A DNA stretch of 64,000 nucleotides from an uncultured Verrucomicrobiae bacterium. Its GTDB lineage: Bacteria; Verrucomicrobiota; Verrucomicrobiia; Opitutales; JABDGR01. Location: NCBI GenBank assembly GCA_963765205.1, contig CAVXVB010000009.1, positions 640,001 through 704,000 of the forward strand, read 5' to 3'. The position numbers and the translations under genes were made by a program. Below the pieces are notes generated by a model. That model did no database searches, was not told the DNA's origin, and worked only from the letters and a program-made list of their open reading frames with translations. Shown in pieces: positions 21,079-32,955 of this stretch. Each line of letters begins with the position of its first letter. Position 1 is the first letter of the stretch.

Positions 21079-23718
21079 ATGAATCCGCGGCGATTTTTTG
21101 CGCTGTTTGTCGTTGGATCGACTCTGGCCATTCGCACGAATTGCGCCGCCGCGACGGAGAGTCCGCCCGCACCCGCCGCCAGTGACCTTGCGACCACGTG
21201 GCAAAAGCTCATTCAAATTGAGCAGGGCATCCATTATTTTGAAACCAACAACATCATCTCGAATCGCGGCGCGATTAGAACGTTTCCAGATAGCGAGGGA
21301 TTTTTGCTTTATAGTGGCGCGGACTTATATGACCAATATTGGCCGGAATCACTGGAGAAAGAGCATGACCAGCTAATTGCCAACTTGCGCGCCCTCGGTG
21401 CCCAACGGGACGCGCTCATCGCCTTGCTCACGGATGCCGACGCCAAGGTTCGCACCCTCGCGCTGGGCGCACTTTTCGAGCGCGAGGATGGGCGCGACTT
21501 GCCTGCTATCGCCTCCCTCGTTGGCGACCACGCGGTGACGTGGCCGCGTTTCAACCAGGTTGAGACAGGCCAGGGTGGCGGCCCGGGGCTGACCGCCGCG
21601 CCCCTGAGTCAGACAGTTGGTGAGGTCGCGCAAGCCATGCTGGCGGATTATTTTCGTGCTGCAAACCTGGATCCGAATTCTTATTCCGCGCCGAATCCGT
21701 CCGATGGTTCCCCGCGTCAGCCGCTGGATAATTCCGTGCCCTTTACCACCGCCTTTGCCAAATACTGGGCCGGACGCGAAAACCGGACCGAGTGTGCGAG
21801 CTGGTTTATTGTGAAAATGGAGCGAGCCTCGCGTCAAATCACGCCGATTGAGGCTGGCTACCGGGATGACATCCCCCAAGTCGTCGCCGACATCAACGCA
21901 CTGCCACAGCCGGAACGGGCGCTGACTATGCTCTACGTCTTCAACGAAGGCTGGTGGGTACGGGATGAAGATCGGTTGACCCCCGAGGGCAACATCCTCG
22001 TAGCGCTCAAACAACTCGGCCCGGTGGACACGCTGCGTTTCCTCCAGCGTCAGCGCCTGGCGGACGATCCTGATTTGCAATTTGGCGATTATGCGCATGA
22101 AACAAACCAACTGTTCGGCAGCATGGCCAACCTCATCCTGCGCAACGCGGTGGCGCTTTTGCCACCCACCGCGGCCGATGTGTTGCTGGCGTGCGAGCAG
22201 GCCGAACGCACCAAGCTGCCGGTGAGGGATCGGGAGGTTTCGCCTTGGTGGGCCGCCGCCGCCGCCGAGTTGACCGCGCCGACCGACCCCGCCCACAGCA
22301 GCGAAATTTTGCACGCGGCATTGGGGCGCTTTCCACCCGGCGCCGGCGAGATTGGCCAGGAAGAGGCCCAGAGTGTGCTCATTGAGGCATTGTGGAAAAT
22401 CCGGGGCGCCGCTGAAAGTGATTTTATCGTTAACTGGTTCTATGATTCATTGGCTCGCGCCACGGACGTTCGCAACGGACCGACGAGTCTCTTGCGTCTC
22501 GCGCATGCGGAAAACGCCGACCCGAAGGACTTGCTCGGGGCGCTCGTGGCGGATCAACGTTTTGAGCATACCGATTGGGAAGTTCTGCGGCAAATGATTG
22601 AGGTTGCCAACGGCACCCTCGGAGTGGTCTTGGTGGATCAGCGGGAAATTTACGATCATCAGCCGCGCTCCAATGCCGCTGATCAGGCCGCGACGCTGGC
22701 TGCGTGGCGCAATGACCTGCGCAAACAGTTCGATGTGCCGGAAAAGATGGCGCCCGTTGCGGCCCAGCCGCAAAAGATTCTGACCGCGCCGGATCGAACC
22801 ATCGCTCTGACCACCCCCGCGGCGCAGTTGGCGATTTCTCCCGACGGCGAATGGCTCGCCGTGCTCGGGGCGGCGCAAACCCGGCCCGCCGCGCAAATTA
22901 TTAACACCGTCACGGGCAACACCGTCTGGGCGGTGCCCGCGCCAGCCAACGCCGCGTGGTGGCAAGTCGTCTTCACGGCCAACCCAGCGGAGGTGCTTTT
23001 GATTAATTCCCGCAGCATGGCCAGCATGGGCAATATTGCCACACAAAACCTCACGCCGCGAAGCGGGCGCTTTTCTTCCGGGGTGACCGGCGTGTTTAAC
23101 CGCGCCGCCACGCGCTTGCTTGTCGCCAACAACAATGTCTTGGCTGATCATGACCTCGCGGACGGCAAAGTATTGTGGCAAGTCGCCGATCACTTCTTTG
23201 GCGCACCCAGCATCGCGCTGGCACCGGATGACATTCTGGCCGCCGCGGGGGGCGGTGCCCAATCTGAGAAAGTAGTCACGCTCTATGATGGGGTCAAAGG
23301 AACCAAACTGCGGGAAATCACCGACTTCGACGCGAAAGTCTGCGCGATGGGATTCGCAGGTGATGCGCATACCTTGGTTACAGCCACGGCCGGGAACGGC
23401 GTGCAAGTGTGGGATGCCACCACAGGCAAACTGGAACGCGAATTTGTTTACCCCGTGAAGGAAATTCAATTCGGGACGAGGCATTCGCCAATGGCGCTCT
23501 CTCCAGATGGGCGCTGGGTGGCCGTCATCGGCCTTCCAGCGCGCCCGATGCCGGCCGACAACGATGAATACCCGGTCGGAATCTTCGACTTGGCCACCGG
23601 TGAATTGCGCTGGGAAATACGCTCCATCGCGGGTGCAGCCATCATGGTTTTTTCGTCCGACAGCAGAACTCTCTACACCGCCGGTCCTACCATTCAGGTG
23701 TGGAAATTGGAGCCGTGA
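21079..23718 (+). CDS. Secreted protein with HEAT-like N-terminal region and C-terminal WD40-like propeller
   Basis: Signal peptide; LLTDADAKVRTLALGAL; AISPDGEWLA, VQVWDATTGK, ALSPDGRWVA, IQVWK. Confidence 0.78.
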   Translation: MNPRRFFALFVVGSTLAIRTNCAAATESPPAPAASDLATTWQKLIQIEQGIHYFETNNIISNRGAIRTFPDSEGFLLYSGADLYDQYWPESLEKEHDQLIANLRALGAQRDALIALLTDADAKVRTLALGALFEREDGRDLPAIASLVGDHAVTWPRFNQVETGQGGGPGLTAAPLSQTVGEVAQAMLADYFRAANLDPNSYSAPNPSDGSPRQPLDNSVPFTTAFAKYWAGRENRTECASWFIVKMERASRQITPIEAGYRDDIPQVVADINALPQPERALTMLYVFNEGWWVRDEDRLTPEGNILVALKQLGPVDTLRFLQRQRLADDPDLQFGDYAHETNQLFGSMANLILRNAVALLPPTAADVLLACEQAERTKLPVRDREVSPWWAAAAAELTAPTDPAHSSEILHAALGRFPPGAGEIGQEEAQSVLIEALWKIRGAAESDFIVNWFYDSLARATDVRNGPTSLLRLAHAENADPKDLLGALVADQRFEHTDWEVLRQMIEVANGTLGVVLVDQREIYDHQPRSNAADQAATLAAWRNDLRKQFDVPEKMAPVAAQPQKILTAPDRTIALTTPAAQLAISPDGEWLAVLGAAQTRPAAQIINTVTGNTVWAVPAPANAAWWQVVFTANPAEVLLINSRSMASMGNIATQNLTPRSGRFSSGVTGVFNRAATRLLVANNNVLADHDLADGKVLWQVADHFFGAPSIALAPDDILAAAGGGAQSEKVVTLYDGVKGTKLREITDFDAKVCAMGFAGDAHTLVTATAGNGVQVWDATTGKLEREFVYPVKEIQFGTRHSPMALSPDGRWVAVIGLPARPMPADNDEYPVGIFDLATGELRWEIRSIAGAAIMVFSSDSRTLYTAGPTIQVWKLEP

Positions 23719-23758
23719 TCTGAATCGTCCGTTTTGACGACCACACGCAGCACATTTT

Positions 23759-25900
23759 TCAAAACCCCAAAGGCAACTGCATGCCGAGTTCTTTGACGAG
23801 GAAGGCGTATTGATCGGCGAGTTCGGCGATCATTTTGTCCATGGGTTTGCCGCCGCCGTGGCCGGCGCGGGTTTCGATGCGGATGAGGATGGGCGCGGGG
23901 CCGGCTTGGTCTTTTTGCAACGTGGCGGCGAATTTGAAGCTGTGGGCGGGGACGACGCGGTCGTCGTGGTCGCCGGTGGTGATGAGGGTGGGCGGGTAGG
24001 TGGCGCCGGGGTGAATGTTGTGGAGGGGCGAGTAGGCATAGAGGGCCTTGAAGTCGTCGGCGTTGTCGTCGGGCGAGCCGTAGTCGCTCGTCCAAGCCCA
24101 GCCGATGGTGAATTTATTGAAGCGGAGCATGTCCATCACGCCGACGTCGGGGAGGGCAGCGCCGAAGAGGTCGGGCCGCTGGGTGAGGCAGGCGCCGATG
24201 AGCAGGCCGCCGTTGCTCGCGCCATTGATGGCGAGTTTGGGGGTCGCGGTGTAATGGTGGTCAATGAGCCATTGGGCGGCGGCGATGAAGTCGTCGAAGA
24301 CGTTTTGTTTTTTCAATTTCATGCCGGCCTGGTGCCAGCCCTCGCCGTATTCGCCGCCGCCGCGCAGATTGGGCATGGCATAGACGCCGCCCATTTCGAG
24401 CCAGACGAGGTTGGCGACGCTGAAATAGGGCGTGAGGTTGATGTCGAAGCCGCCGTAGCCGTAGAGGAGGGTGGGGTTCGTGCCGTCGAGTTTCAGGCCT
24501 TTTTTATAGGTGAGAAACATCGGCACACGGGTGCCGTCCTTGCTATTGTATAAGACCTGGATTGTTTCGTAGTTGGCGGGGTCGAAATCCACCTTGGGCT
24601 GGCGGAAGACGGCGCTGGTCGCGTCGGTGAGATCGAGGCGGTAGATCGTGCGCGGCGTGGTGAAGCTGGTGTAGGAATAAAAGGTTTCGGTGTCGGAGCG
24701 TTTGCCGGTGAAACCTTCGGCCGCGCCGAGGCCGGGCAGGGCGAGTTCGCGCTGCAAGCGGCCGTCGAGCGCGAAAATTTTGACTTCGCTGTGGGCGTCC
24801 TGGAGGTAGGTGCAGACGAAGGAATTGTTCAGCGTGGAGACGCCTTCAAGCGTGTTGGGCGCTTCGGGGATCAGCTCGCGCCAGTTCGCGCGCGCGGGTT
24901 GGGCGAGGTCAATGGCGATGATGCGCCCGCGCGGGGTGTTGAGGTTGGTCTGGAACCAGAAGACCGGGCCGTCGTTGTCAATGAAGGTGTAGGAGGCGTC
25001 GAAATCATCGAGGAGTGGCGTGACTTTCGCGCCGGGCAGGGTGAGGTCGAGATAATAGATGCGGTTGCGCTGGTCGGAGCCGGTGGAGACGTTGATGACG
25101 AGGTAACGGCCGTCGTCGGTGACGGTTTCGTCGAAGCCCCAGTCGTCGTGGTCGGGGCGTTCGTAAATTAATTGGTCGGCGGATTGGGGCGTGCCGAGTT
25201 GGTGGTAATAAATTTTTTGGAATTTATTGACGCCGGTGAGTTCGGCGTCGTTTTTGGGTTCGTCGAAACGGCTGTAATAGAGGCCCGTGCCGTCCTTGGT
25301 CCAGGTGGGGATGGCGAATTTGATCCATTGGAGGCGGTCGGGCAAATCCTGGCCGGTGCGCACGTCGCGGATTTTCCATTCCTGCCAATCGGAGCCGGCG
25401 GTGGAGAGGCCGTAGGCGAGCAGCGTGCCGTTGTCGCTGACGGACAAATCGGTGAGCGCGACGGTGCCGTCAGCGGAAAGTTTGTTGGGGTCGAGGAGCA
25501 GGGTTGGTTCGGCGGCGAGGTCGCTGAGGGTGTAGAGGACGCTTTGGTTTTGGAGGCCGTCGTTTTTATAAAAGAAGTAGCGGCCACCCTGTTTGAAAGG
25601 CACGCTGAAGCGCTCGTAGTTCCAGAGTTTGGTGAGGCGCTGGCGGATGGCGTCGCGGCCGGGGATTTTGTCGAGGAAGTTGAAGGTGACTTTGTTCTCG
25701 GCTTCGACCCAGGCCTTCGTCTCAGGCGAATTGTCGTCTTCGAGCCAGCGATAGGGGTCGGGGACGGCGACGCCGAAGTAAGTGTCCACCTGGTTGGTGG
25801 TGCGGGTCGCGGGGTAGGAGAGGGGCATGGCGGAATCGGCGCAGCCGGCAAGGAGGGCCAGGCACGCCGCGGGGAGGGTGCAACGCAAGGTGGGGCGCAT
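23759..25900 (-). CDS. Prolyl oligopeptidase (S9A), probable lipoprotein
   Basis: LAGC lipobox; [20 protein letters not shown] nucleophile, DDRV, AGHG. Confidence 0.96.
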   Translation of the reverse strand: MRPTLRCTLPAACLALLAGCADSAMPLSYPATRTTNQVDTYFGVAVPDPYRWLEDDNSPETKAWVEAENKVTFNFLDKIPGRDAIRQRLTKLWNYERFSVPFKQGGRYFFYKNDGLQNQSVLYTLSDLAAEPTLLLDPNKLSADGTVALTDLSVSDNGTLLAYGLSTAGSDWQEWKIRDVRTGQDLPDRLQWIKFAIPTWTKDGTGLYYSRFDEPKNDAELTGVNKFQKIYYHQLGTPQSADQLIYERPDHDDWGFDETVTDDGRYLVINVSTGSDQRNRIYYLDLTLPGAKVTPLLDDFDASYTFIDNDGPVFWFQTNLNTPRGRIIAIDLAQPARANWRELIPEAPNTLEGVSTLNNSFVCTYLQDAHSEVKIFALDGRLQRELALPGLGAAEGFTGKRSDTETFYSYTSFTTPRTIYRLDLTDATSAVFRQPKVDFDPANYETIQVLYNSKDGTRVPMFLTYKKGLKLDGTNPTLLYGYGGFDINLTPYFSVANLVWLEMGGVYAMPNLRGGGEYGEGWHQAGMKLKKQNVFDDFIAAAQWLIDHHYTATPKLAINGASNGGLLIGACLTQRPDLFGAALPDVGVMDMLRFNKFTIGWAWTSDYGSPDDNADDFKALYAYSPLHNIHPGATYPPTLITTGDHDDRVVPAHSFKFAATLQKDQAGPAPILIRIETRAGHGGGKPMDKMIAELADQYAFLVKELGMQLPLGF

Positions 25901-26086
25901 GACGACGAGAATGCAGAGTCCACGCGGGTGGTCAAAACATCGTGCAAGGGGGCGAAACTATTTTTTGGTCGAATGAGAATGGATGCGAAGAATGGGAGGA
26001 ATAGGCTGGATGGGCATGAGTGTAGCTAACCCTTAAGCCTGCCGGAATGGTGGCTTTCTGCGCCGCCTTCATTTCTTTTGGCCGGA

Positions 26087-28619
26087 TTATCGTTGCCAGA
26101 TGATCCGGGCGTCTTCGAGGGGGATGGCGACGCCGTCGCAATGCGGCATCAGGCGTGCGGTATAGTCACCCGGCGGGCGGGCGGCGGGCACGGTCGCGCT
26201 ATAAACGAAGCCGCCGGCGGTGCCGGCCAGCGGGTGAAGGCGCGTCATTTCCAGCCGCACGGGCGCGGCGCCATTGAGGCCGTTGGCATAAAGTTCGACA
26301 AGCACCGTGCCGGGGTCGAGGTCATTGAACAAGACTTGCACCGCAAAAATGTGCTGCCCGTCGCGCGTGGCAATATTCAAGTCACCGAAGCGAACGGCGC
26401 TCCACTTGCGCTCGATCTCGTGGTGCCAATCCACCATATTGCGGGCGGTGGTGCCTTTATTGGCCGCGCGGGCGCGGTAGGCGGAAGCGGCGGGGAGATA
26501 ATGCTGCTCGGTGTATTCACGCACGGTGCGGCTGGCGGCAAAACGGGGGGTGAGCCGGGCCATACTTTCGCGCATCCTCGCCACCCAGGCGATGGGGATG
26601 CCTTGGTTGTCACGGGTATAAAATTCCGGGACCACCTCATGTTCGAGCCGCTCATACAGCGCCTCGGCTTCGGCGGCGTCCCAAGCGGGATCGTCGCCAT
26701 GCTCCTGGCCGTCGCCCAAAGCCCAGCCGACTTCCGGCGCGTAGGCTTCCGCCCACCAGCCGTCGAGTTCGGAGAGGTTGAGGCCGCCGTTGACGAGCAC
26801 CTTCATGCCGCTGGTGCCGCTGGCTTCCCACGGGCGGCGGGGCGTGTTGACCCAGAACGTCCACGCCCTGCACCAATTGTTCGGCCAACAACATGTCGTA
26901 ATCAGCCAAAAAGATCACCGGCGGATTGGCGTCGGTGCGCCGGATAAAGCGCATCCAATCCTGAATCAAGGCTTGGCCTTCGTGGTCGGCCGGATGCGCC
27001 TTGCCGGCGATGATAAGCTGCGCGGGGTGTTGGGGATTTTTCAGAATGCGGAGCAGCCGCTCGGGGTCGCGCAACAGGAGGTTGGGTCGTTTGTAACTGG
27101 CAAAGCGGCGGGCGAAACCGAGGGTCAGCACGCCGGGTTCCAGCCGGGCTTTGATGCGGGCGGTGGCCTCGGGATCGAAACCGCGGGCCAACATTTGCCG
27201 GCCAACGCGCTCGCGGGAAAATTCGACAAGGATTTTGCGGCTGGTATTGCGGAGCGCCCACAGTTTTTCATTTGAGACCCGGCGGAAGTCCGGCTCGAGC
27301 GTGGTGGAGGTTTCGAGCCAGCGATCTTTGCCGCAGGCCTCCGTCCACAGATCGTCCGCCGCGGCGGAATCCCAGGTGGGCATATGCACGCCATTGGTGA
27401 CGTGGCCGACTGGGACTTCGCCGACCGGCCAGCGGGGAAAGAGCGGGGAAAAGATGTGCCGGCTGACCAGGCCGTGCAACTGGCTGACCCCATTAACTGT
27501 CCCACTGCCACGCATGGCCAAATACGCCATATTGAACGGTTCGCTCGCATCGTCAGGATTGCGGCGGCCGAGCGCCAGCAGTTCGCGCAGGGAAATGCCC
27601 AATTTGTCCTGCGCATAGTGGCCGAGATATTGTTCCAGCAAGGCCGGGGAAAAAAGGTCGAAGCCGGCGGGGACGGCGGTATGGGTGGTAAAGAGATTGC
27701 CGGCGCGCGTGGCCGCGAGGGCGACGACGAAAGACTGACCGCTCTCGGCCATGAAGCTCCGGGCGCGTTCGAGCAAGGCGAAGGCGGCATGGCCCTCGTT
27801 GAGGTGGCAGACCTCCGGCTTGACCCCGAGCGCAACCAGCAGGCGCCAACCGCCGATCCCGAGGAGCATTTCCTGCTTCAACCGTAATTCCGCGCCGCCG
27901 CCGTAAAGCTCGCTTGAGATTCCGCGATGTTCGGGAACGTTGGCGGCGTCGTTGGTGTCCAGCAGGTATAGTTTCACCCGGCCGACCTGGACCTGCCAGG
28001 CGCGCAGCCAGACGGAATAACCGGGCAGGACGATTTCCAAACGCAGCAAGTCCCCGTTGGGCTGGCGCACGGGGGTGACGGGCAATTGGCCGGGTTCGTT
28101 ATAAGGATAAAGGGCTTGTTGCGCGCCGTCGCGGTCAATCACCTGGCGAAAATAGCCCTGTTGGTAGAGCAACCCGACGCCGACTACCGGCACACCCAGG
28201 TCGCTGGCGGCTTTGAGCTGGTCGCCGGCCACATTGCCGAGGCCGCCCGAATAAATCGGCAGGGCCTCGCTCAGCATGAATTCCATGCAAAAATAGGCGA
28301 CGCAAGTGAGGGGCGATGGAGAATGCTTCTGCTGAAACCATGCGGGCGAGGTGGTCGCCTTCCGTTTGGCTTGGACGAGGCGGTCCAGCAATTGGCAGAA
28401 GTTAGGGTCGGCGAGGGCCTGGGCCAGTTTTTCGCGCGAGACGCATTCGAGCACGACATTGGGATGATAAGTGAGCGCCCAGAGTGCGGGGTCCAGCCGC
28501 CGCCACAATTCGTCCGCCCCGTGATTCCACGACCAGCGCAGATCGAGGGCCAGCTCGGCCAGCGCGTTGAGGCCCTGGGGCGGAAGGGGGGGAGAACTGC
28601 CGGGAGTGGATTCGCTCAT
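26087..28619 (-). CDS. glgP: Alpha-glucan phosphorylase, frameshifted near 26858
   Basis: YSGGLG, HLNEGH, GFARRF..YKR; GVDV|WVNTP...EASGTSGMK continues in the next frame (one extra base). Confidence 0.92.
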
Positions 28620-28655
28620 ATAATTAATAATTAAAAAACATGATGGTATTGGCTT

Positions 28656-30311
28656 TTAAGTTGCCACGGGCGCGGCCAGCGTTGCGCTGACGATGGTCTG
28701 GGCTTCGGCCTGGATGCGGTGCAGGTGATCCGCGCCCAGGAAGCTCTCCGCATAAATTTTGTAGATATTCTCGGTGCCGGAGGGGCGGGCGGCGAACCAG
28801 CCGTTGGCCGTCGCCACTTTCAACCCGCCGAGGGGCGCGCCGTTGCCCGGCGCGTGGGTGAGGACAGTTTGAATTTTTTCCCCAGCCAGCTCGGTGAGTT
28901 TAACCTGCTGCGGCGAAAGCTTCGCCAGGAGTTTCTTTTGCTCCGGTGTGGCGGGCGCCTCGACGCGGTCGTAGACCGGGTCGCCCAATTCTTGCGTAAG
29001 TTGGCGGTAAAGTATGCCGGGGTCTTTGCCCGACCGGGCCAAGATTTCCGCCGCGAGCAGGCAGGGAATAAAGCCGTCCTTGTCCGTTGACCAAACGCTG
29101 CCATCGCGGCGGACAAAGGACGCGCCGGCGCTTTCCTCGCCGCCGAAGCCGAGGGAGCCGTCAAATAATCCCGGAGCGAACCATTTAAAGCCAACCGGGA
29201 CATCGAAGAGTTTCCGGCCCAGTTTCGCGGCAATGCGGTCTATCAACTGGCTGCTGACAACGGTTTTCCCAACTGCGGCAGCCTGGGGCCACTGGGGCCG
29301 GTTTTGAAAAAGATGGAAGATCGCGGCGCACAGGTAATGGTTGGGCGGGAGCAGTCCGGCGCTTTGTGTGACAATGCCGTGCCGGTCATGGTCGGGGTCG
29401 CAGGCGAAGGAGAGATCGAAGCGGTCCTTCATGGCGATTAAACTCTGCATGGCGTAGGACGACGAGGGGTCCATGCGAATCTGGCCATCCCAATCCACTG
29501 TCATGAAGCGGAAGGTGGCATCAACCACCGGGTTGACGACGGTGAGATTCAGGCCGTATTGCTCGCCGATGCGCCCCCAGTAATGGACGCCGGCGCCGCC
29601 AAGCGGGTCCACGCCCAAATTGAGTTTCGCGCCGCGGATGGCGTCGAGATCCACCACATTGCCGAGGTCGGGAATGTAAACGGAGAGATAATCGTGCCGG
29701 TGAGTGGTGGCGGCGGCGAGGGCCTTCGCCAGTGGCACGCGCAAGACGCCTTGGAGGCGCGCTTCAAGAAATTCATTGGCTTTCTTTTCGATCCAACTGG
29801 TCGCCACGGTGTCCGCCGGGCCGCCGTTGGTCGGGTTATACTTGAAGCCTCCATCGGGAGGCGGATTGTGCGAGGGTGTGACGACAATGCCATCGGCCGG
29901 GCCGGACATGCGGCCGCGATTGTAGGTCAGGATCGCATGGGAAATGACCGGGGTGGGCGTGTATTCGCCGCCGGCGGCGATCATGACCTCGACACCGTTG
30001 GCGGCGAGCACCTCGAGCGCGGTGGCGTGGGCGGGGATCGAGAGCGCATGGGTGTCGATGCCGAGAAAGAGCGGGCCGTCGGTGCCCTGCTGCTGGCGGT
30101 AGAGGCAGATGGCCTGGGTGATCGCGAGGATGTGGTCTTCATTGAAAGACCGGAGGAAGGCCGAGCCGCGGTGGCCGGAGGTGCCGAAGGACACGCGCTG
30201 GGCGGGCACCGCGGGGTCGGGGGATTCAGAGAAGTAGGCCGTGACGAGCTTCGCCACGTCCACGAGCATGTCCGGCGTGGCTGGTTTACCGGCGAGAGGG
30301 CTGATATTCAT
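28656..30311 (-). CDS. pgm: Phosphoglucomutase
   Basis: FGTSGHRG, TPSHNPP, DPDHDRHG, GEESAG, ARPSGTE. Confidence 0.96.
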   Translation of the reverse strand: MNISPLAGKPATPDMLVDVAKLVTAYFSESPDPAVPAQRVSFGTSGHRGSAFLRSFNEDHILAITQAICLYRQQQGTDGPLFLGIDTHALSIPAHATALEVLAANGVEVMIAAGGEYTPTPVISHAILTYNRGRMSGPADGIVVTPSHNPPPDGGFKYNPTNGGPADTVATSWIEKKANEFLEARLQGVLRVPLAKALAAATTHRHDYLSVYIPDLGNVVDLDAIRGAKLNLGVDPLGGAGVHYWGRIGEQYGLNLTVVNPVVDATFRFMTVDWDGQIRMDPSSSYAMQSLIAMKDRFDLSFACDPDHDRHGIVTQSAGLLPPNHYLCAAIFHLFQNRPQWPQAAAVGKTVVSSQLIDRIAAKLGRKLFDVPVGFKWFAPGLFDGSLGFGGEESAGASFVRRDGSVWSTDKDGFIPCLLAAEILARSGKDPGILYRQLTQELGDPVYDRVEAPATPEQKKLLAKLSPQQVKLTELAGEKIQTVLTHAPGNGAPLGGLKVATANGWFAARPSGTENIYKIYAESFLGADHLHRIQAEAQTIVSATLAAPVAT

Positions 30312-30493
30312 GATGGGTGCGGCAAGGTTTGCCACAGAATCCGCCCGTTTACCAGCCTAGGCGGCGGGAAAAATCTGCCCCAATATAAAACTTGGGCGGT
30401 CAGTTTGCCATGGGGTGTCCACCTCCATGGGGGTGGTTTTCGGCTGGAGTGGGAATTGCTTGCGCTAAGCACAACGCAACGATAACTCCCGAC

Positions 30494-31798
30494 ATGCGCA
30501 TTACTGATTTGCGGGTTCATTCGATTGCCATTGCCGATCCACCGTTGCGGAGTTCCTACGGTCTGCATGCGCCGTATGCGTTGCGCACGATTATCGAACT
30601 GGAGAGCGACGCGGGGGTCATTGGTATTGCCGAGACTTATGGGGGTGAGGCGCAGGTGAAGCAGATTGAGGCGCTGCGCGTGCAAATTATCGGCGCGAAT
30701 CCGTGCCGGTTGACGGGGTTTCTTTCGCCGCTGGTGGAGGGGGAGGGTGGGGGCGATGCGCGGTCGCAGACTTACCATGTGCCGGGGGAAAATCCGCTGG
30801 ATGCGAACACGCGCACGTTTGCCGCGATTGAGGTGGCCTGCCTGGATCTTGTCGGCAAGACGGTGGGGCAGCCGGTGTGCGATTTGATCGGCGGGCGGGT
30901 GCGCGACGAGGTGCCGTTTTCCGCGTATCCGTTCTACAAGCATCCGGGCGGCGGGGGCGAGGGCGCGGATGCGCGCGCGGATGAATATGGCGAGGCGCTG
31001 ACGCCGGCGGCGCTGGTGCGGCAGACGCAGCAGATGATTGCCCAATACGGATTTGGCTCGATCAAGTTCAAGGGCGGCGTGCTGGCGCCGGATTTGGAAA
31101 TCGAAACCATCCGGGAACTTTACCGCGCGCTCGGGCCGCAGGTGCCGCTGCGGATTGACCCGAACTCGGCGTGGACGGTGGAAACGTCGGTGCGCGTGGG
31201 GCGGGCGCTGGCGGTCGAACTCGGGCGGGGGGGTTACCTGGAAGACCCAACGGCGGGTTTGGATAACATGGCGGAAGTGCGCCGGCGGCTGTTGGCGGAG
31301 GGCATCGAGACGCCGCTGGCCAGCAATGTCGCCGTGACCTCGTTCGCGGATATTCCGCGGTCGGTGAAAATGGACGCGGTGCAAATTATTTTGTGCGATC
31401 ATCATTACTGGGGCGGGATACGGCAGGTGCAGCATTTGGCGCGGCTGGCGAAGACGTTCGGCCTCGGGCTTTCGATGCACTCGAACAGCCATCTGGGGGT
31501 GTCGTTGATGGCGATGGCGCACGTCGCGGCGGCGACGCCGCACCTGACCTACGCCTGCGACACGCATTATCCCTGGCAGTCGGCGCAGGACGAAGTGGTG
31601 CTCGGCGGGCGCATTCTAATTAAAAACGGTTGCGTGCGCATTCCCGACAAGCCGGGCCTGGGCGTGGAGCTGGATTATGACCAATTGGCGCGCGGACGCG
31701 AGCGTTACGCGAAATGTCCCTACCGCAAACGCGACGACGAACTGGAAATGCGCAAGCATGTGGACCCGGCTTGGAAACGGGTGTTGCCGCGGTGGTAG
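30494..31798 (+). CDS. Glucarate dehydratase-like enolase-superfamily protein
   Basis: KFKGGV, LRIDPN, YLEDP, HSNSHLG, YACDTHYPWQ, PGLGVELD. Confidence 0.88.
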   Translation: MRITDLRVHSIAIADPPLRSSYGLHAPYALRTIIELESDAGVIGIAETYGGEAQVKQIEALRVQIIGANPCRLTGFLSPLVEGEGGGDARSQTYHVPGENPLDANTRTFAAIEVACLDLVGKTVGQPVCDLIGGRVRDEVPFSAYPFYKHPGGGGEGADARADEYGEALTPAALVRQTQQMIAQYGFGSIKFKGGVLAPDLEIETIRELYRALGPQVPLRIDPNSAWTVETSVRVGRALAVELGRGGYLEDPTAGLDNMAEVRRRLLAEGIETPLASNVAVTSFADIPRSVKMDAVQIILCDHHYWGGIRQVQHLARLAKTFGLGLSMHSNSHLGVSLMAMAHVAAATPHLTYACDTHYPWQSAQDEVVLGGRILIKNGCVRIPDKPGLGVELDYDQLARGRERYAKCPYRKRDDELEMRKHVDPAWKRVLPRW

Positions 31799-31947
31799 GG
31801 CTTCCCCACTTTTGCGGTAAAAATCCACCACAAAAACCACAAAAACCACAAAAGTGGAATGAGGCTGCTGGATTCCCATCTGACGCACCCCCAGCCGGTA
31901 TTGTCTTAATTTCGATTGGGCGGGTTTTACAATTAGCTGGGGTTGGG

Positions 31948-32855
31948 CTAAGTTGCCTCATTGTGGCGTGGGCTTATAATAGGGCAGAATCTTTTATCGC
32001 CACTCCAAAGCAGATATACGCAAAACTCTGTGTGCCTTTCCACCCTGAAGGCGTCAATATATCTGACAACCCCATAGCAATAAATCTTGGAGACAGAGTC
32101 CAGTTTTCTCATCTCCTCAATTTCGCCATCCTCAAGGAGTCCGTCAAGTGCTCTGGGGATCCCAAATTTTTGACCCGGCCCCAAGGTAAAATTGCTTTGC
32201 TCTGGGCTAACTGTGTCCCGAAAATTAAAATTCTCCGGTATGGGGTGAGAAAGTTTGTCGGCAAATATAGCGATCTGAACTTTATAGGCCGGGGTTGCAC
32301 CAGTGTTTTTAATGAGAGGGGTGAATTGAAAACGTTGAATAAGCTGCACTCCTCCTTTGGGTTTTTCGGGGGCATCCGTTTTAGTATCCAAGGGGTATGG
32401 TTGGATTATTCGTTGCTCCAAAACGTCTATTTTTACGATGCTGATATACGCCCGCAACTGCCTTTCGGCAGAGCGGGCAGTCTGAACCATCCAATAAATC
32501 TGAAGACTACCAACGATGCCGCCGACGATAACCAGAGCGAAAGTCAAATAGACCATCCAAGTGTCAGTCCATTTAGGCTTGTCCCCGGTCCCGTCCCCGT
32601 CCCAAAGATGTTATTATAGGAGTTTTGATTTCCTGCTGTGCCATGTTCCTGATTGGGTGCGGAACCTATCGCTTGGCTGGCAGGAATTTGATTTCTGGCG
32701 GTGTTATTTTCTGCTGTGGATTGAGCTTGGCTTACTTGGGCACTTTCGGTCTTTGGTGGGGTTGGATTTGACGTGCCCGAATCCGCTGTCCCTGTCTGCC
32801 CATACACCTGCCCACAGGCCAAGCAGGCCAAAAAAACAAGTGTCCTGAGCTTCAT
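31948..32855 (-). CDS. Hypothetical secreted/TM protein, probably one gene split by a frameshift near 32590-32610
   Basis: Signal peptide MKLRTLVFLACLAC in one frame; overlapping frame gives DKPKWTDTWMVYLTFAL(TM)...AERQLRAYI. Confidence 0.55.
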
Positions 32856-32955
32856 GCACAAGGAGCCGTAACCGAGGGGATTGCTGGCGACAACCACGAA
32901 ATCCGGCGTTGACACCCTGACGGGTAACGGTGAACTAAGGGGGCGATTCCCGGCC

